A stretch of 64,000 nucleotides of DNA, taken from assembly GCA_964202905.1 (NCBI GenBank), contig CAXNJO010000001.1, positions 949,584 through 1,013,583 of the forward strand, given 5' to 3'. The DNA comes from Polyangiales bacterium. Lineage in GTDB: Bacteria > Myxococcota_A > Polyangia > Polyangiales > JADJQN01. Position 1 is the stretch's first letter; every line of letters starts with the position of its first letter. Positions 9,718-21,117 of this stretch are shown in pieces. The notes below the pieces were generated by a model. That model saw nothing but the letters and a program-made list of their open reading frames with translations, did not search any database and had not been told where the DNA came from. The translations under genes were made by a program, and so were the position numbers.

Positions 9718-11025
9718 TCAGAACCAGCTCGTCGCGCCGAGCGTGACCGTATCCTGCGCGGCGCGGTTCGGCGCGTAGGGCATCGTCAGGCCGTCTCCGG
9801 TGACGTCGCCGCCGAAGTAGAGATTCGCGCCGGCCTGATCGTGCCGGTATTCGAGGCGGATCGAGACGCGCGCGTGCGGGCGGTAGTCGAGCGTCGCCGT
9901 GCCGGAGGCAACCCACAGCGCGGGGAAGAAGATCGGCGTCGCGCGCCCCGCCGCACCCGCGGCGACGCGCTCGTGGAAGGCGTCGCCGCGGAGGGCGACC
10001 CACCACTGCGCCGCGATGCGGAAGCGCGCCGCGAGCGCGCCTGCGACCCACCCGCTCAGGCCGAACGCGTTCGGCTCGAGGCCGCCGTCGACGTGCGCAA
10101 GGAGCGAGAGCCGAGGCGTCGCGTGCCACGTCGCGTAGGCGTCGAGCAGATGGCGGAGCGCGCGACCCTCGGGGGCGCCGCGCGGCCGCTCGACGCCGCC
10201 GAAGTAGAGGACGGACACGGAGAGAGCGTCGTGCGCGTACGCGAGCTGCGCCGACACCGACTTCTCGTCGTTGCCGTCGACGACGGAGTTCCAGCCGTTG
10301 TAGACGGCGAGCGACACGGTCCACGCCTCGTCGAGGGCGAGCGCGGCGCGCGCACCCGCATGATAGAAGGGCAGCCCGAAGAAGAGATTCGAGCGCGACC
10401 AATTCCACGAGTCGCGGACAGGGATCGATTCAGGACCGATCGGTGACAGGAAGAGCCCCGCGCTCACCGTCAGCCCGCGCGCGACGCCGAAGCGATAGCC
10501 GGCGTAGGCCTGCTGCACGTACTTCCACAACTCCGGGCCCGTCGCGCCCGTCGCGTCGGTGCCGGGCGCGCGGGGTTCGGCGAGATAGTAGGTCGAGGGC
10601 GTGTGTCCGACCTGCAGCGCCACGCGTCCGACGAGGCCCTCGTAGTCCCACGCCGCCTCGAGCGCGACGTTCGAGAGCGTGAAGGTGTTGTGGCGGTTGT
10701 CGAAGCCGCGGAAATTCGTGATCCCGTTCGACGGTGCGGCGAAGTTCCACGTGTAGAGCGCTTCGGCATAGCCGCTCAGTACGAAGGGTGTGGCCGTTGT
10801 CGCAGCCGATGCGGAAGGCGCGTCCCAGCGCGCGTCGCCCCCGGTTCCGACGTCGCTTGCGTCGCCGTGTGCGTCGAGCGCGCGCGCACGGCGCTCTCCC
10901 TCGGAGGCGGTGGTGGCGGTGTGCGCCGACGCGTGTGCCGCGTCCGTTCCCTGCGCATGGGCGGCACCGATGACGGTGAGCGGCAGCGTCAGCAGCAGGA
11001 CGAGTCCGAAGAGAGCGACGCGCAT
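9718..11025 (-). CDS. Outer-membrane beta-barrel porin (BBP2/OmpL-like)
   Basis: Signal peptide; [29 protein letters not shown]...[20 protein letters not shown]; terminal Phe (TSWF). Confidence 0.85.
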   Translation of the reverse strand: MRVALFGLVLLLTLPLTVIGAAHAQGTDAAHASAHTATTASEGERRARALDAHGDASDVGTGGDARWDAPSASAATTATPFVLSGYAEALYTWNFAAPSNGITNFRGFDNRHNTFTLSNVALEAAWDYEGLVGRVALQVGHTPSTYYLAEPRAPGTDATGATGPELWKYVQQAYAGYRFGVARGLTVSAGLFLSPIGPESIPVRDSWNWSRSNLFFGLPFYHAGARAALALDEAWTVSLAVYNGWNSVVDGNDEKSVSAQLAYAHDALSVSVLYFGGVERPRGAPEGRALRHLLDAYATWHATPRLSLLAHVDGGLEPNAFGLSGWVAGALAARFRIAAQWWVALRGDAFHERVAAGAAGRATPIFFPALWVASGTATLDYRPHARVSIRLEYRHDQAGANLYFGGDVTGDGLTMPYAPNRAAQDTVTLGATSWF

Positions 11026-11044
11026 GGCCCCATTCTTCGCACAC

Positions 11045-11206
11045 TCAGTCGTTGTGGCGCGCGCGATGGCGGAGCTCCGTCCGTTCCACCGTGCGCAGCG
11101 GGAACGAGACCACGAAGAACAGGAACCCGACGAGCACGCCCTTGATCGCGGACCCGACCCGCTCGAACCGGGAGACGTGTGCCGTCCGTGTGTACGGGGC
11201 TGCCAT
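11045..11206 (-). pseudogene. Remnant of a TMEM43/DUF1625-like gene (N-terminus only)
   Basis: [37 protein letters not shown], then in a shifted frame [11 protein letters not shown], resembling the TMEM43 N-terminal WNEGRAV motif as I recall it. Confidence 0.5.
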
Positions 11207-11471
11207 CGTTCGCTCCCGCGCCGGATGGGAGGGCGCACGAAGCGCGCCCCCCTTGGCATGGCGGTGGAGGCCACGCGAGCCGTGGTCGGATGTCAGCGCC
11301 CGTGGCCGCGACGTGCAGCGGCGTACCGTGCCGGGTCGTCGTTTCGGAGCGTTTCGGTACGGAAGGGCCGCGGGATCACCCTGCGCGTCGCTTGACACCC
11401 CGGAGGCTGCATGCTCTCTTCCGCCTCCCCCGCGCGGCCATCCGCTCGTGGCCCCCTCGGAGGATGCAGTC

Positions 11472-11621
11472 GTGAAGCGCACTTATCAGCCCCACCGCAC
11501 GCGTCGTTTGCGCACCCACGGGTTCCGCGCGCGCTGCAAGTCGAAGAACGGTCTCAAGGTGCTCGCTGCCCGTCGTCGCAAGGGCCGTCACCGCTTGACC
11601 GTGACGACCTACAAGAAGTGA
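11472..11621 (+). CDS. rpmH: 50S ribosomal protein L34
   Basis: GTG start, [46 protein letters not shown] upstream. Confidence 0.97.
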   Translation: MKRTYQPHRTRRLRTHGFRARCKSKNGLKVLAARRRKGRHRLTVTTYKK

Positions 11622-11728
11622 GTCATGCGCCGGGCTCCCGCGGAGCCGGTCGTTGGCCGGCCTCCCGCAGGGTGCCCCGTCCAGGGGCGCCCGGCGCAGC
11701 AGCTTTCGGTTCCGTCCAGCGTGAGGTT

Positions 11729-12220
11729 TTGGCCTGCGACGGGGCCGGAGCCGAGGGCGCACGTCTCGAGACGCCGCGCGCCCGACCCACGCACCGCGCG
11801 GACCGCGTGCGGCGGCATTCGGAATATCGGCTCATCCAATCGCGTGGGCGGCGCGTGCACAGTGCGCACTACGTGTGGATCGTGATGCCCCGGCTTCCCG
11901 CACCCGCTGGAGAAGCCCGTCGCATCCGTGACGGAGCGCCGCCGGGCGCGCACCCCACGGGCGCCCGGCTCGGCATCACGATGACCCGCAAGGCGATGCC
12001 GCGCGCCGTCGCGCGCAACCGCGCACGCCGCGTCCTGCGCGAGGTGTTTCGCTTGGACGCTGCGCTGTTTCCGGCGGGATGCGACGTCGTCGTGGTCGGG
12101 CGGGCGGGCGCCGAGGAACTCGGCTACGCGGATGCGCTCGCGGAAGTCCGCGGCATCGCGCCGAAACTCGCGGCAGCGGCCCGCAGCGGGACACCGCGTT
12201 CGGGCGAGCGGCGGGGATGA
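11729..12220 (+). CDS. rnpA: Ribonuclease P protein component
   Basis: RVRRHSEYRLIQSRGRR...RLGITMTRKAMPRAVARNRARRVLREVFR (RNR motif); position after rpmH. Start uncertain. Confidence 0.9.
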   Translation: MACDGAGAEGARLETPRARPTHRADRVRRHSEYRLIQSRGRRVHSAHYVWIVMPRLPAPAGEARRIRDGAPPGAHPTGARLGITMTRKAMPRAVARNRARRVLREVFRLDAALFPAGCDVVVVGRAGAEELGYADALAEVRGIAPKLAAAARSGTPRSGERRG

Positions 12221-12478
12221 GCCTTGCTCGCGCGCTTCTTCCTCTTCCTCATTCGCGTCTATTGGTGGACGCTCTCGCCGGTCGTCGGGGGCGTCTGTCG
12301 GTTCCATCCGACGTGCTCGCGCTACACCGCGGCCTGCATCGAGCGCTTCGGCGCGATCCGTGGCACGTGGCTCGGCGTCCGGCGAATCGCGCGCTGCCAC
12401 CCGTTTCACCCGGGCGGTTTCGACCCGCCCCCCGAACTTCCCGCTTCCTCCAACCCTGAGCCGGCGCCGGACGCCTGA
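12217..12478 (+). CDS. yidD: Membrane protein insertion efficiency factor YidD
   Basis: [10 protein letters not shown]...[10 protein letters not shown]...[15 protein letters not shown]. In-frame TTG at 12224; ATG 12217 overlaps the rnpA stop but is one base out of frame. Confidence 0.93.
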
Positions 12479-12485
12479 GAACCCG

Positions 12486-14269
12486 ATGGACGACTCCCAG
12501 AAGCGGTCGCTGCTCGTCGTTGCGGCCGTCACCGTGGCGGCCCTCGCCAGCTGGTTCCTGTTCGTGCCGCCCGGAGCCGCCGACGCGCCCGCCGACGGCA
12601 CCTGCGGCCGGCGACCGTCCGCGTCCCGGTGATGCCGGTGGCTCGGCGACGGTCGACGAGTCGCAGCGACGCGCGCGACTCGCGGCGCAGCGCACCGCGA
12701 CGATCGAGACGCCGGAGTTCCGCGCGACCTTCTCGAACCTCAACACCGGCCTCGTCGGCTTCACGCTGAAGGGCGAGCGCTTCACGGCCGAGGTCGAGGG
12801 CACCGAGCGTCGCGCGCCGATCGACCTCGTCACGACCGACAAGGAGCAGTATTACCCGCTGCGCCTCGAGGTCGGCGGGGTGCCGATCCCGGCGGACGCG
12901 GTGTGGGCGCTCGAGCAGCTTTCGCCCACGGCCGTGCGGTTCTCGTGGGAGGGCGCGGGCTTCCGCGTCGCCCGGAAGATCGAGGCTGGGCGCGGGCCGT
13001 TCCAGCTGTGGTCGACGGTGCGCGTTACCAACCTCGGCACCGCGTCGCGCCCGGTGCGCGTGAACACGTGGACGTACCACTACGTGAAGCGCGCGGACGA
13101 GGGCGGCGGCTTCCTCGGCGCGCGCTCGCCCGCGATCAGCCAGGGGATCTGCGCGGCCTCCGAGGGCACGAAACGTTTCGACCGCAAGGACCTCCTCGCG
13201 GCCCACACGCTGCAGCGCGCGGGCTTCGCAGGCACGGAGAGCACCTACTTCGCGACCCTCCTCGCGGCCGATCGCGGCGTGGCCGATTTCTGCACGCTCA
13301 AGACCACCGACCGCTTCGCCGGCGGGGAGGAGCACGGCAGCCTCTTCGAGGCACGCCTCGCGCATCCGCGCGCCGCGGTCGCGCCCGGCGGGACGAGCGT
13401 CGTCCGGACGCTCGCGTACGTCGGGCCGAAGGACGGCGCGCTCCTCGCGCAGGCTGGTCACGGCCTGACGGACGCGGTCGATCTCGGATTTTTCTCGATC
13501 ATCGCCCGCGCGATGGTCCGGCTCCTCGGGTTCATCCACGGCTTCGTCGGCAACTGGGGCCTCGCCATCATCCTGATGACGTTGTGCGTGAAGCTCGTGC
13601 TCTTCCCGCTGACGCTCTCGCAGCTCCGCAGCATGGCGAAGATGCGCCAGCTCAAGCCTGAGCTCGACAAGCTGAACGACCTCTACGGCGACGACCGCGA
13701 GAAGAAGGGCGCCGCCACGATGGAGCTCTACCGGCGGCACGGCGTGAATCCCGTGGCCGGTTGCCTGCCGTCGCTCGCGCAACTGCCGGTGTGGTGGGCG
13801 CTCTACACGTCGCTCTCGACGAACCTCGCGCTCTTCCACATGCCGTTCGCGCTCTGGCTGACGGATCTCACGTCGCCGGACCCGTACTTCATCATGCCGC
13901 TCGCGCTCGGCGTGCTCATGTGGGTGCAGCAGCGGATGACGCCGACGACGATGGACCCCGCGCAGGCGAAGATCATGCAGTGGATGATGCCGGTGATGAT
14001 CACCGCCTTCATGTTGTTCCTGCCGCAGGGTCTGACGCTCTACATGTTCACGAACTCGGCGCTCGGTATCGCGCAGCAGAGGTACATCGAGTATCGTCTC
14101 GCGAAGACGACCGGGGCGGCCGAGGCCGCGACGGTGGTGGGCGACAGCGCGCCGCCCTCCGGGGCGGCGGGTGCAGGTGGGTCGAAGGCCGTCGGACCCG
14201 GGACCGCCCAGCAGGCTGCTGGTGCGGGGAAGAAGCCCGGCAAGGCTGGCAGCGCGCGGAGGACGGGCC

Positions 14270-14277
<8 letters not shown>
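12486..14277 (+). CDS. yidC: Membrane protein insertase YidC (frameshift near 12590)
   Basis: N-terminal TM MDDSQKRSLLVVAAV in one frame; YVGPK, NWGLAIILMT, ELYRRHGVNPVAGCLP, WLTDLTSPDPYFIMP, GLTLYMFTN in the next frame. Confidence 0.95.
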
Positions 14278-15007
<730 letters not shown>

Positions 15008-15070
15008 TTTCGCTGCGCGGTCGTTCGGCGATCGCGCGACGGCTCACCGCGCTGCCCGGGGACGTGGGCG

Positions 15071-15730
15071 TCAGCCGCGCGTGTACGCTGTGATCGCGCG
15101 GGGCGCGCCGGTGCGCGGCAGCGTGTAGTGCGCCGCGTGGGCGATCGATGCGTCGGCCGGGGGGGCGGGGGCGGTTTCGGTCGCGGTCAGCACGAGCGCG
15201 CGCGTCGCGAGGCCCAGCCCGAGCGGGAGCCAGGTCGCGGGGGCGAAGGTCGCGCGGGCGAGCGCCACGTCGAAGGGTGCGCCCGCGGCTGCCGGGGACC
15301 CGGGATCGAGGCGGCCTTCGCGCACCTCGACGCGCCCGGCGAGCCCGTCGAGAGAGCCGACGACCGTGCGCAGGAAGGCGACGCGCTTGCGAAGCGGCTC
15401 CACGAGCACGAGCGCGAGATCGGGCCGCAGGAGCGCGAGGGGCAGGGCGGGGGCGCCGGCGCCCGAGCCGATGTCGAGCACCCGCGCGGCGTCGGGCACC
15501 AGCGCGCGATCGTGCAGCACGAGCGCGTCGGCGAAGAGCACCTCGCAGAGTTGCTCGGGCGTGCGCGCGGCGGTGAGGTCGATGCGTGCGTTCCAGCGCG
15601 CCACGAGCTCGGCGAACGCGGCGAGCGCCCCGCGCGCGGCGTCAGGCACGGGGCGACCCAGTGCCGCGCCGAGCGCATCGAGCGCGCCTGCGTCCCGCGC
15701 CGCGACGAAGGCCGGGCCGGCCGCGCTCAA
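15071..15730 (-). CDS. rsmG: 16S rRNA m7G527 methyltransferase RsmG
   Basis: [39 protein letters not shown] motif. Confidence 0.92.
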   Translation of the reverse strand: MSAAGPAFVAARDAGALDALGAALGRPVPDAARGALAAFAELVARWNARIDLTAARTPEQLCEVLFADALVLHDRALVPDAARVLDIGSGAGAPALPLALLRPDLALVLVEPLRKRVAFLRTVVGSLDGLAGRVEVREGRLDPGSPAAAGAPFDVALARATFAPATWLPLGLGLATRALVLTATETAPAPPADASIAHAAHYTLPRTGAPRAITAYTRG

Positions 15731-16434
15731 TGGAGCCGCCCCTCGCGGCGGCGCTTCTCGGCCTCACGGGCGGCGTCGGCGATGGCCTCCTTGATGAGCC
15801 GGTCGGCCTCGGCGTCGTCGATGACCGGTGACTCGCGTCGCTTCGCTGCGCGAGGCGCGATCGGCGCCGGCACGCGGAGCGCGGCGGGCGTCGTGCGCCG
15901 GCCCCGGCCCGCCTTGCGCGCGCGGCGGCGCAGCATGCCGAGGAGCGGCCACGCTTCGGCACCGTCGAGTGGGGGGATCGGCAGCAGGTTCAGCCCGATC
16001 AGGAGCAGATTCGTCCAGACGAACGTGTCGAGCAGCTGCGCCGCGAACACCGACCGCACCGGGGGCAACACGGCTTGCGCGACGAGCGTGAGGGCGAGCA
16101 CCGCTGCCTGCGCCGCGACGCCGCCCCACGCGATGGTCGCGCGCCATCGCGGGGATGGCACGCCGTACCAGCGGCAGACGCCCCCGAGCCCGTGCACGTC
16201 CACCGAGACGACTTGCATCCGGGCCGCGCGCACGAGCAGCGCGTGCCCCAGCTCGTGCAGCAGCAAGAGTAGAAAGAAGCCCAGCCACGCACCCGGCAGG
16301 AACGCGAAGCGCGTGAAGAACAAGGCCCCGATGGGGGTGGACCAGTGCACGCGCACCGGCGCACCCCGGAAGCGGGCGAGGGTCAGATAGCCGCGCGCGA
16401 ACACGGCGGGCAGTATGCACCCCGGATCCCGCAT
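15727..16434 (-). CDS. Site-2 protease (M50) family membrane metalloprotease
   Basis: [14 protein letters not shown] zinc motif, [10 protein letters not shown] third-ligand motif; overlaps the rsmG start. Start uncertain (16434 or 16404). Confidence 0.85.
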   Translation of the reverse strand: MRDPGCILPAVFARGYLTLARFRGAPVRVHWSTPIGALFFTRFAFLPGAWLGFFLLLLLHELGHALLVRAARMQVVSVDVHGLGGVCRWYGVPSPRWRATIAWGGVAAQAAVLALTLVAQAVLPPVRSVFAAQLLDTFVWTNLLLIGLNLLPIPPLDGAEAWPLLGMLRRRARKAGRGRRTTPAALRVPAPIAPRAAKRRESPVIDDAEADRLIKEAIADAAREAEKRRREGRLH

Positions 16435-16609
16435 GCGCCCCCGCGCGCAGCGTCGGACACGTGTCCGCGTGTCACGCGAGCGACCGGATCGGCCGCGCCT
16501 GGTCGCGGAGACCCCCTTGCCGAGCGGTTCTTCGGCTGTATGCTGCCGGCCGATTGGACCCGCGCCGCGCCCCAGCGCGCCGCGCCACTGCCTGTCACCC
16601 CATCGCCTG

Positions 16610-17098
16610 ATGCCCCGCGCCGCCCTCGCTGCCTTCACGTTCCTCGCCCTCGGCCTGGCGCTCCCGCGCCTCGCGGCCGCAGACGACGCGATGTGCGGGG
16701 TGCGCCCGGCGGTGTCGCTGGGTGAGGGCGCGCGCGAGGCCTGGCTCGAGGGCACCCAGCCCGAGGGCAGCCGGCTGAATGGCATGGTACGCGATGGGCT
16801 GCTGACGCCCGCCGTCCCTGTCTTCGGGGCCATGTCGAGCGCACCGGTCGCGGCGCCCGATGCGGCGCCCGACGCGCCCGAGATCCTCTGGTGCGCGTCC
16901 GCGGACGACCCGCGTTGCGCGCCCTGCGACTCCGACGCGGGCGGCTCGCCGCGCCTCGGGGACGGCGGCTGGCAGTGGCTCGTGCCGGCGCGCGCGCCGC
17001 GCGTGGCCGAGTCGCCCTCGTCGTCGCTGCGGAGCGGGGACCCGGCGGGCAGGCCGCACCCCGGCGTGTCGCGGGCGATCGACCGCCCGCCCCGCTGA
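16610..17098 (+). CDS. Exported Cys-motif protein ending in RPPR (candidate leader/arrest peptide)
   Basis: Signal peptide MPRAALAAFTFLALGLALPRLAAA; WCASADDPRCAPC; C-terminus GVSRAIDRPPR; lies directly upstream of the DsbA gene. Confidence 0.65.
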   Translation: MPRAALAAFTFLALGLALPRLAAADDAMCGVRPAVSLGEGAREAWLEGTQPEGSRLNGMVRDGLLTPAVPVFGAMSSAPVAAPDAAPDAPEILWCASADDPRCAPCDSDAGGSPRLGDGGWQWLVPARAPRVAESPSSSLRSGDPAGRPHPGVSRAIDRPPR

Positions 17099-17311
17099 GC
17101 CCGCGCGGACGCCCGACCACGCGCGCACGACCCCGTCCGTCCCGCTCGGGGGGCTCGGGACACGCTGTGCGCCCTGGCGCCTGCAGCACGCGACCCAACA
17201 CCTCCGCGCGTGGCCACCGGGCCGCGCGCCGTCCGAACACCACGATCTTGCTCGTTTTCTGGTTTCTGCAGCGTCGACCGCGCGTGCGGCGGCGTGTCTC
17301 AAGGAGTGATC

Positions 17312-19369
17312 ATGTCCAAAGGTTCAGCCATCACGGCCATCCTGATCGCCTTCCTCGGCGGTCTGGCGATCGGCAATCTCGTATCGAGTGGGAAGGGCGG
17401 CGACGAAGACACCGCCATCGCGGCCGAGGGCGCGGACGGCGCGGGCGAAGGCGAAGCGGCCGGCGCCGGTGGTCCGGCGGAAGAGGGCGGCCCCGAGCGC
17501 TACCGCGTGCCGGTCACGGCCGACCAGCCCAGCAAGGGCCCGGCGGACGCGCTCGTCACGATCGTGGAGTTCAGCGACTTCGAGTGCCCCTTCTGCTCGC
17601 GCGTCGGCCCGACGATGCAGCAGATCATGAACGACTACCGCGGCAAGGTGCGCGTCGTCTGGCGCAACAACCCGCTCCCCTTCCACCAGAGCGCGACCCC
17701 GGCCGCGATGGCCGCCGTCGAGGCGTTCACGCAGGGCGGCAGCGAGAAGTTCTGGCGCATGCACGACCTCATGTTCGCCAACCAGCGCGCGCTCTCGCGC
17801 ACGGACCTCGAGGGCTACGCGCAGCAGGCGGGCCTCGACATGGCGAAGTTCCGCGCGGCCCTCGACGGCAACACGCACCGCGCGAAGATCGACGCGGACA
17901 TGGCCGTCGCGCGCCAGATCGGCGCGAACGGCACGCCCGGCTTCTTCATCAACGGCCGCCAGCTCATGGGCGCGCAGCCCTTCGACGCGTTCAAGACGGT
18001 GATCGAGGACGAGATCCGTCGTGCCGAGGCGCTCGTCGCCACCGGCGTCGCCCGCAACCGCGTCTACGCCCAGCTCACCCGCAACGGTCGCACCTCGCCC
18101 GCGCCGGAGCCCGCGGCCCCGGGCGCCGACGCGCCGCAGCCCCCGCGCCGCAGCCCCGATCCGGCGGCCGTGTACCGCGTGCCCGTCGGCGCCTCGCCGA
18201 CGAAGGGCCCCGCGGACGCGCTCGTCACCGTCGTCATCGTCTCGGAGTTCCAGTGCCCGTTCTGCAAGCGCGTCGAGCCGACGCTCAACGAGCTCGCGAC
18301 GGCGTACGGGCGTGACATCCGCTTCGTCTGGAAGAACAACCCGCTGCCCTTCCACAACAACGCGCAGAACGCGGCGAACGTCGCGATGTTCGCGAACGCG
18401 CAGGGCAAGTTCTGGCAGATGCACGACGTGCTCTTCGAGAACCAGCAGGCGCTCGAGATCGACAAGCTCGTCGCCTACGCCGAGCAGATCGGCCTGAACG
18501 GCGCGCAGGCGCGCGCTGCGATGACGAACAACCAGTTCCAGGCCGCCATCCAGGCGGACATGGACCTCGCGCGCTCGCTCGGCGCGTCGGGCACGCCCTC
18601 CTTCTTCATCAACGGCCGCAACCTCCGCGGCGCCCAGCCGATCGACGCCTTCAAGGCGCTCATCGACGAGGAGCTCGCGAAGGCGCGCGCGAAGGTCGCC
18701 GCCGGCACGCCGCGCGGCGGCGTGTACGAGGCGAGCATTCAGAACGGCGCCACCGAGGCGCAGTTCATCAACGCCCCGGGCGGAGCGCCGCAGCCCGCGG
18801 CGGCGGCTCCCGATGCGGATCGCGTTTACAACATCGCGGTCCCCGCCGGCTCCCCGAAGAAGGGCGGCCGCAGCGCCCGCGTCGTCATCCAGCAGTTCTC
18901 CGACTACCAGTGCCCCTTCTGCTCGCGCGTCGAGCCGACGGTCGACCAGATCCTGCGCGAGTACGGGGACCGCGTTCAGTTCGTCTGGCGCGACTTCCCG
19001 CTGCCCTTCCACAACAACGCGATGCCGGCCGCCGAGGCCGCGCGCGAGGCGCTCGCGCAGGGCGGCGAGGCCAAGTTCTGGGCGTTCCACAAGAAGGTCT
19101 TCGAGAACCAGCGCACCCTCGAGCGCGCGGACCTCGAGCGCTTCGCGACGGAGGTCGGCGGGATCAACATGGCGCGCTTCCGCGCCGCCCTCGACAACCA
19201 CACCCACAAGGCGGCCATCGAGGCCGACATGGCGGCGGTGACGGCCGCGGGCGCGCAGATCGGCACGCCCTCGTTCTTCATCAACGGTCGCCTGCTGCAG
19301 GGCGCGCAGCCCTTCGACGCCTTCAAGACGGCGATCGACCGCGCGCTCGCCGAGCCGGCGCGCCGCTGA
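17312..19369 (+). CDS. Membrane-anchored protein with three tandem DsbA/thioredoxin domains
   Basis: AAGGAG RBS; N-terminal TM; three repeats each with CPFC, a (N/F)PLPFH motif and GTP(G/S)FFINGR. Confidence 0.95.
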   Translation: MSKGSAITAILIAFLGGLAIGNLVSSGKGGDEDTAIAAEGADGAGEGEAAGAGGPAEEGGPERYRVPVTADQPSKGPADALVTIVEFSDFECPFCSRVGPTMQQIMNDYRGKVRVVWRNNPLPFHQSATPAAMAAVEAFTQGGSEKFWRMHDLMFANQRALSRTDLEGYAQQAGLDMAKFRAALDGNTHRAKIDADMAVARQIGANGTPGFFINGRQLMGAQPFDAFKTVIEDEIRRAEALVATGVARNRVYAQLTRNGRTSPAPEPAAPGADAPQPPRRSPDPAAVYRVPVGASPTKGPADALVTVVIVSEFQCPFCKRVEPTLNELATAYGRDIRFVWKNNPLPFHNNAQNAANVAMFANAQGKFWQMHDVLFENQQALEIDKLVAYAEQIGLNGAQARAAMTNNQFQAAIQADMDLARSLGASGTPSFFINGRNLRGAQPIDAFKALIDEELAKARAKVAAGTPRGGVYEASIQNGATEAQFINAPGGAPQPAAAAPDADRVYNIAVPAGSPKKGGRSARVVIQQFSDYQCPFCSRVEPTVDQILREYGDRVQFVWRDFPLPFHNNAMPAAEAAREALAQGGEAKFWAFHKKVFENQRTLERADLERFATEVGGINMARFRAALDNHTHKAAIEADMAAVTAAGAQIGTPSFFINGRLLQGAQPFDAFKTAIDRALAEPARR

Positions 19370-19397
19370 GCGACGCTTGAAGACCGGGCCACCCGGC

Positions 19398-19451
19398 CCA
19401 ACGACGCGAGAGGCCGTGTCCCCATTTGGGGGCACGGCCTCTCGTCGTTGG
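19398..19451 (+). terminator. Long GC-rich stem-loop after the triple-DsbA gene
   Basis: ccaacgacgcgagaggccgtgtcccca-ttt-gggggcacggcctctcgtcgttgg; near-perfect inverted repeat, no clear U-tail. Confidence 0.6.
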
Positions 19452-19540
19452 TGCGCCTGCGGTCCGTGAGGGCGGCGTTGCGCCGGTGTTTTCGGGGGCC
19501 TCACCATGTAGGCAGAGGTGGTCAGCTCAGGTGAGCAGGG

Positions 19541-19570
19541 TTGACACCTCGGCCCGCGCTGACCTAGGCT
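19541..19570 (+). promoter_or_regulatory. Putative sigma70 promoter of the GNAT-chaperone-pspA operon
   Basis: TTGACA (19541-46), 18-nt spacer, TAGGCT (19565-70). Confidence 0.55.
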
Positions 19571-19675
19571 CGCGCCCGTCGACGTGTCTCGGGCGCGGCG
19601 CCGCCCCCGTGAGCGGGACGAATCGCAGAAGAAGACCGGGCCCGGCCCGCGCGGGTACCCGTCCGAGGATTCCTT

Positions 19676-20572
19676 ATGGCGAAGATCAAGGTGGCAGCGG
19701 AGCAGCCGCCGACGGTCGAAGAGCTCCATTTCCGTAGCGAGAGCGCTTTCCTTTGTCTGCTGCTGAACCGGCGGACCAAGGTCATTCGGGTCATCGATTT
19801 CCGGGCCGGCGCGCTGCCGGCCAAGCGGCTGTTCATCCAGTCGATCGCGCAGCGCGAGGGCGTCGAAAAGGTCATCACCCTCGTCGAGAAGGACGAGGTC
19901 GCCTCGTGGACGCGCGTGGGCTTCGTGCGCGAGGGGACGATCCCCGGCTTCTACAAGCGCTCGGACGGGCACCTGTGCGGCTGCGTGATCGGTGACCGCA
20001 CGGCGTCCATCGAGGTGAGCGACGAAGCGCAGAAGAGCGCCGAGCGCACGATCGTCGCCGCGAAGAAGAACGCGAAGGATCTCGACGAGGAGATCCGCGG
20101 GATCACGGTCCGCTCGGTCGAGGCGTCCGTGGCCTTCGCGGCGCGGGACGAGGCCTGGGCGAAGGGCGAGGCGCTCGGCGGCTTCGATCCGTTCGGGCGC
20201 GGGGTGACGCGCCTCTTCCTCGAGTGCGCGCCCAAGAAGGGCCGCTCCAACTTCCTCTCGGCCGAGTTCCAGGACTGCTTCGGGCACGCGCTCGTCGAAG
20301 TGCTCCGCTCGCCGCGCGACGAGGCTGAGCGTCTCGCGACGGCCGCGGCGCTGCGTTCGTTCGCGGAGGAGCTGAAGCGCCGGCAGATCGTGTCGGCCTT
20401 CGGCTTCGGGCCGGCGGACGACCAGGAGCTCGCGACGGCGTGGCTCGCGGCGGGCTTCCGCAAGACGGGCCTGCTCGCGCGCGGCATCCAGGTGGGAAGC
20501 GGTCGCCGTGACGCGATCCTCTGGACGCGCAAGCTGCTGAACCCGGCCGGCGAGCCGGGCATGGACGAGTAA
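19676..20572 (+). CDS. Tandem GNAT-fold protein resembling beta-lysine acetyltransferase AblB/YodP
   Basis: N-domain NRRTKVIRVIDFR...EKVITLV...GFVREGTIPGFYKRSD; C-domain AGFRKTGLLARG...DAILWTRKL. Family call is recognition by eye. Confidence 0.6.
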   Translation: MAKIKVAAEQPPTVEELHFRSESAFLCLLLNRRTKVIRVIDFRAGALPAKRLFIQSIAQREGVEKVITLVEKDEVASWTRVGFVREGTIPGFYKRSDGHLCGCVIGDRTASIEVSDEAQKSAERTIVAAKKNAKDLDEEIRGITVRSVEASVAFAARDEAWAKGEALGGFDPFGRGVTRLFLECAPKKGRSNFLSAEFQDCFGHALVEVLRSPRDEAERLATAAALRSFAEELKRRQIVSAFGFGPADDQELATAWLAAGFRKTGLLARGIQVGSGRRDAILWTRKLLNPAGEPGMDE

Positions 20573-20675
20573 GGGCGCCCGGTTCGCGCTGCAGCGCCGC
20601 GGCGCCTGCGCACGGAGCACGCCGGCGCGGCGCCCCTTGCGTGGGCGGCGGCGCGGCCGCTACGCTCGCCAACCC

Positions 20676-21086
20676 ATGCGCACCCGCGAAGACATCGAGG
20701 CGTATCTGCTCCGCTCGGGCCAGGCCTTCGAGGAGGTCGCGCCCGAGACCTGGATCGTGCAGGACACCGGCGGCCGCGCCGGCCCGATCGTCGTGCGGCT
20801 CGAGGGGGAGATCGTGCTCTTCCGGCTGAAGGTGCTCGAGCTCGCCGGGCAGGTGGAGCGCGCGGGCCTCTTCGAGCGTCTGCTCACGCTGAACGCGACG
20901 GACATGGTGCACGGCGCCTACGGGATCGCGGACGGCGCGGTGGTGCTGACGTGCTCGCTCCGCGCCGAGAACCTCGACTTCAGCGAGTTCGTCGGGACGC
21001 TCGACGACTTCACCCTCGCGCTCGCGAACCACTACGAATCTCTCAGTGCGCTCTGCCGCGCGCCGGCGGCCGGCGCGGGCGCCTGA
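20676..21086 (+). CDS. CesT/YbjN-type (T3SS chaperone fold) protein
   Basis: 136 aa, acidic; LFERLLTLNATDMVHGAYGIADGAVVL...ENLDFSEF. Confidence 0.8.
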   Translation: MRTREDIEAYLLRSGQAFEEVAPETWIVQDTGGRAGPIVVRLEGEIVLFRLKVLELAGQVERAGLFERLLTLNATDMVHGAYGIADGAVVLTCSLRAENLDFSEFVGTLDDFTLALANHYESLSALCRAPAAGAGA

Positions 21087-21117
21087 GCACCGAAGGACCA
21101 AGGAGAACGGGACGAAC

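Noticed and set aside
11210..11470. oriC upstream of rpmH
   Set aside because: No TTATCCACA-like box cluster or AT-rich unwinding element seen; only a TTGACA at 11392 with a weak -10.
12486..12632. Programmed frameshift or leader peptide (MifM-like) controlling yidC
   Set aside because: The short frame is simply YidC's own first TM segment; there is no slippery sequence, and similar indels occur throughout the window.
20676..21086. Type III secretion system
   Set aside because: Only the chaperone-fold gene is present; no T3SS apparatus genes.
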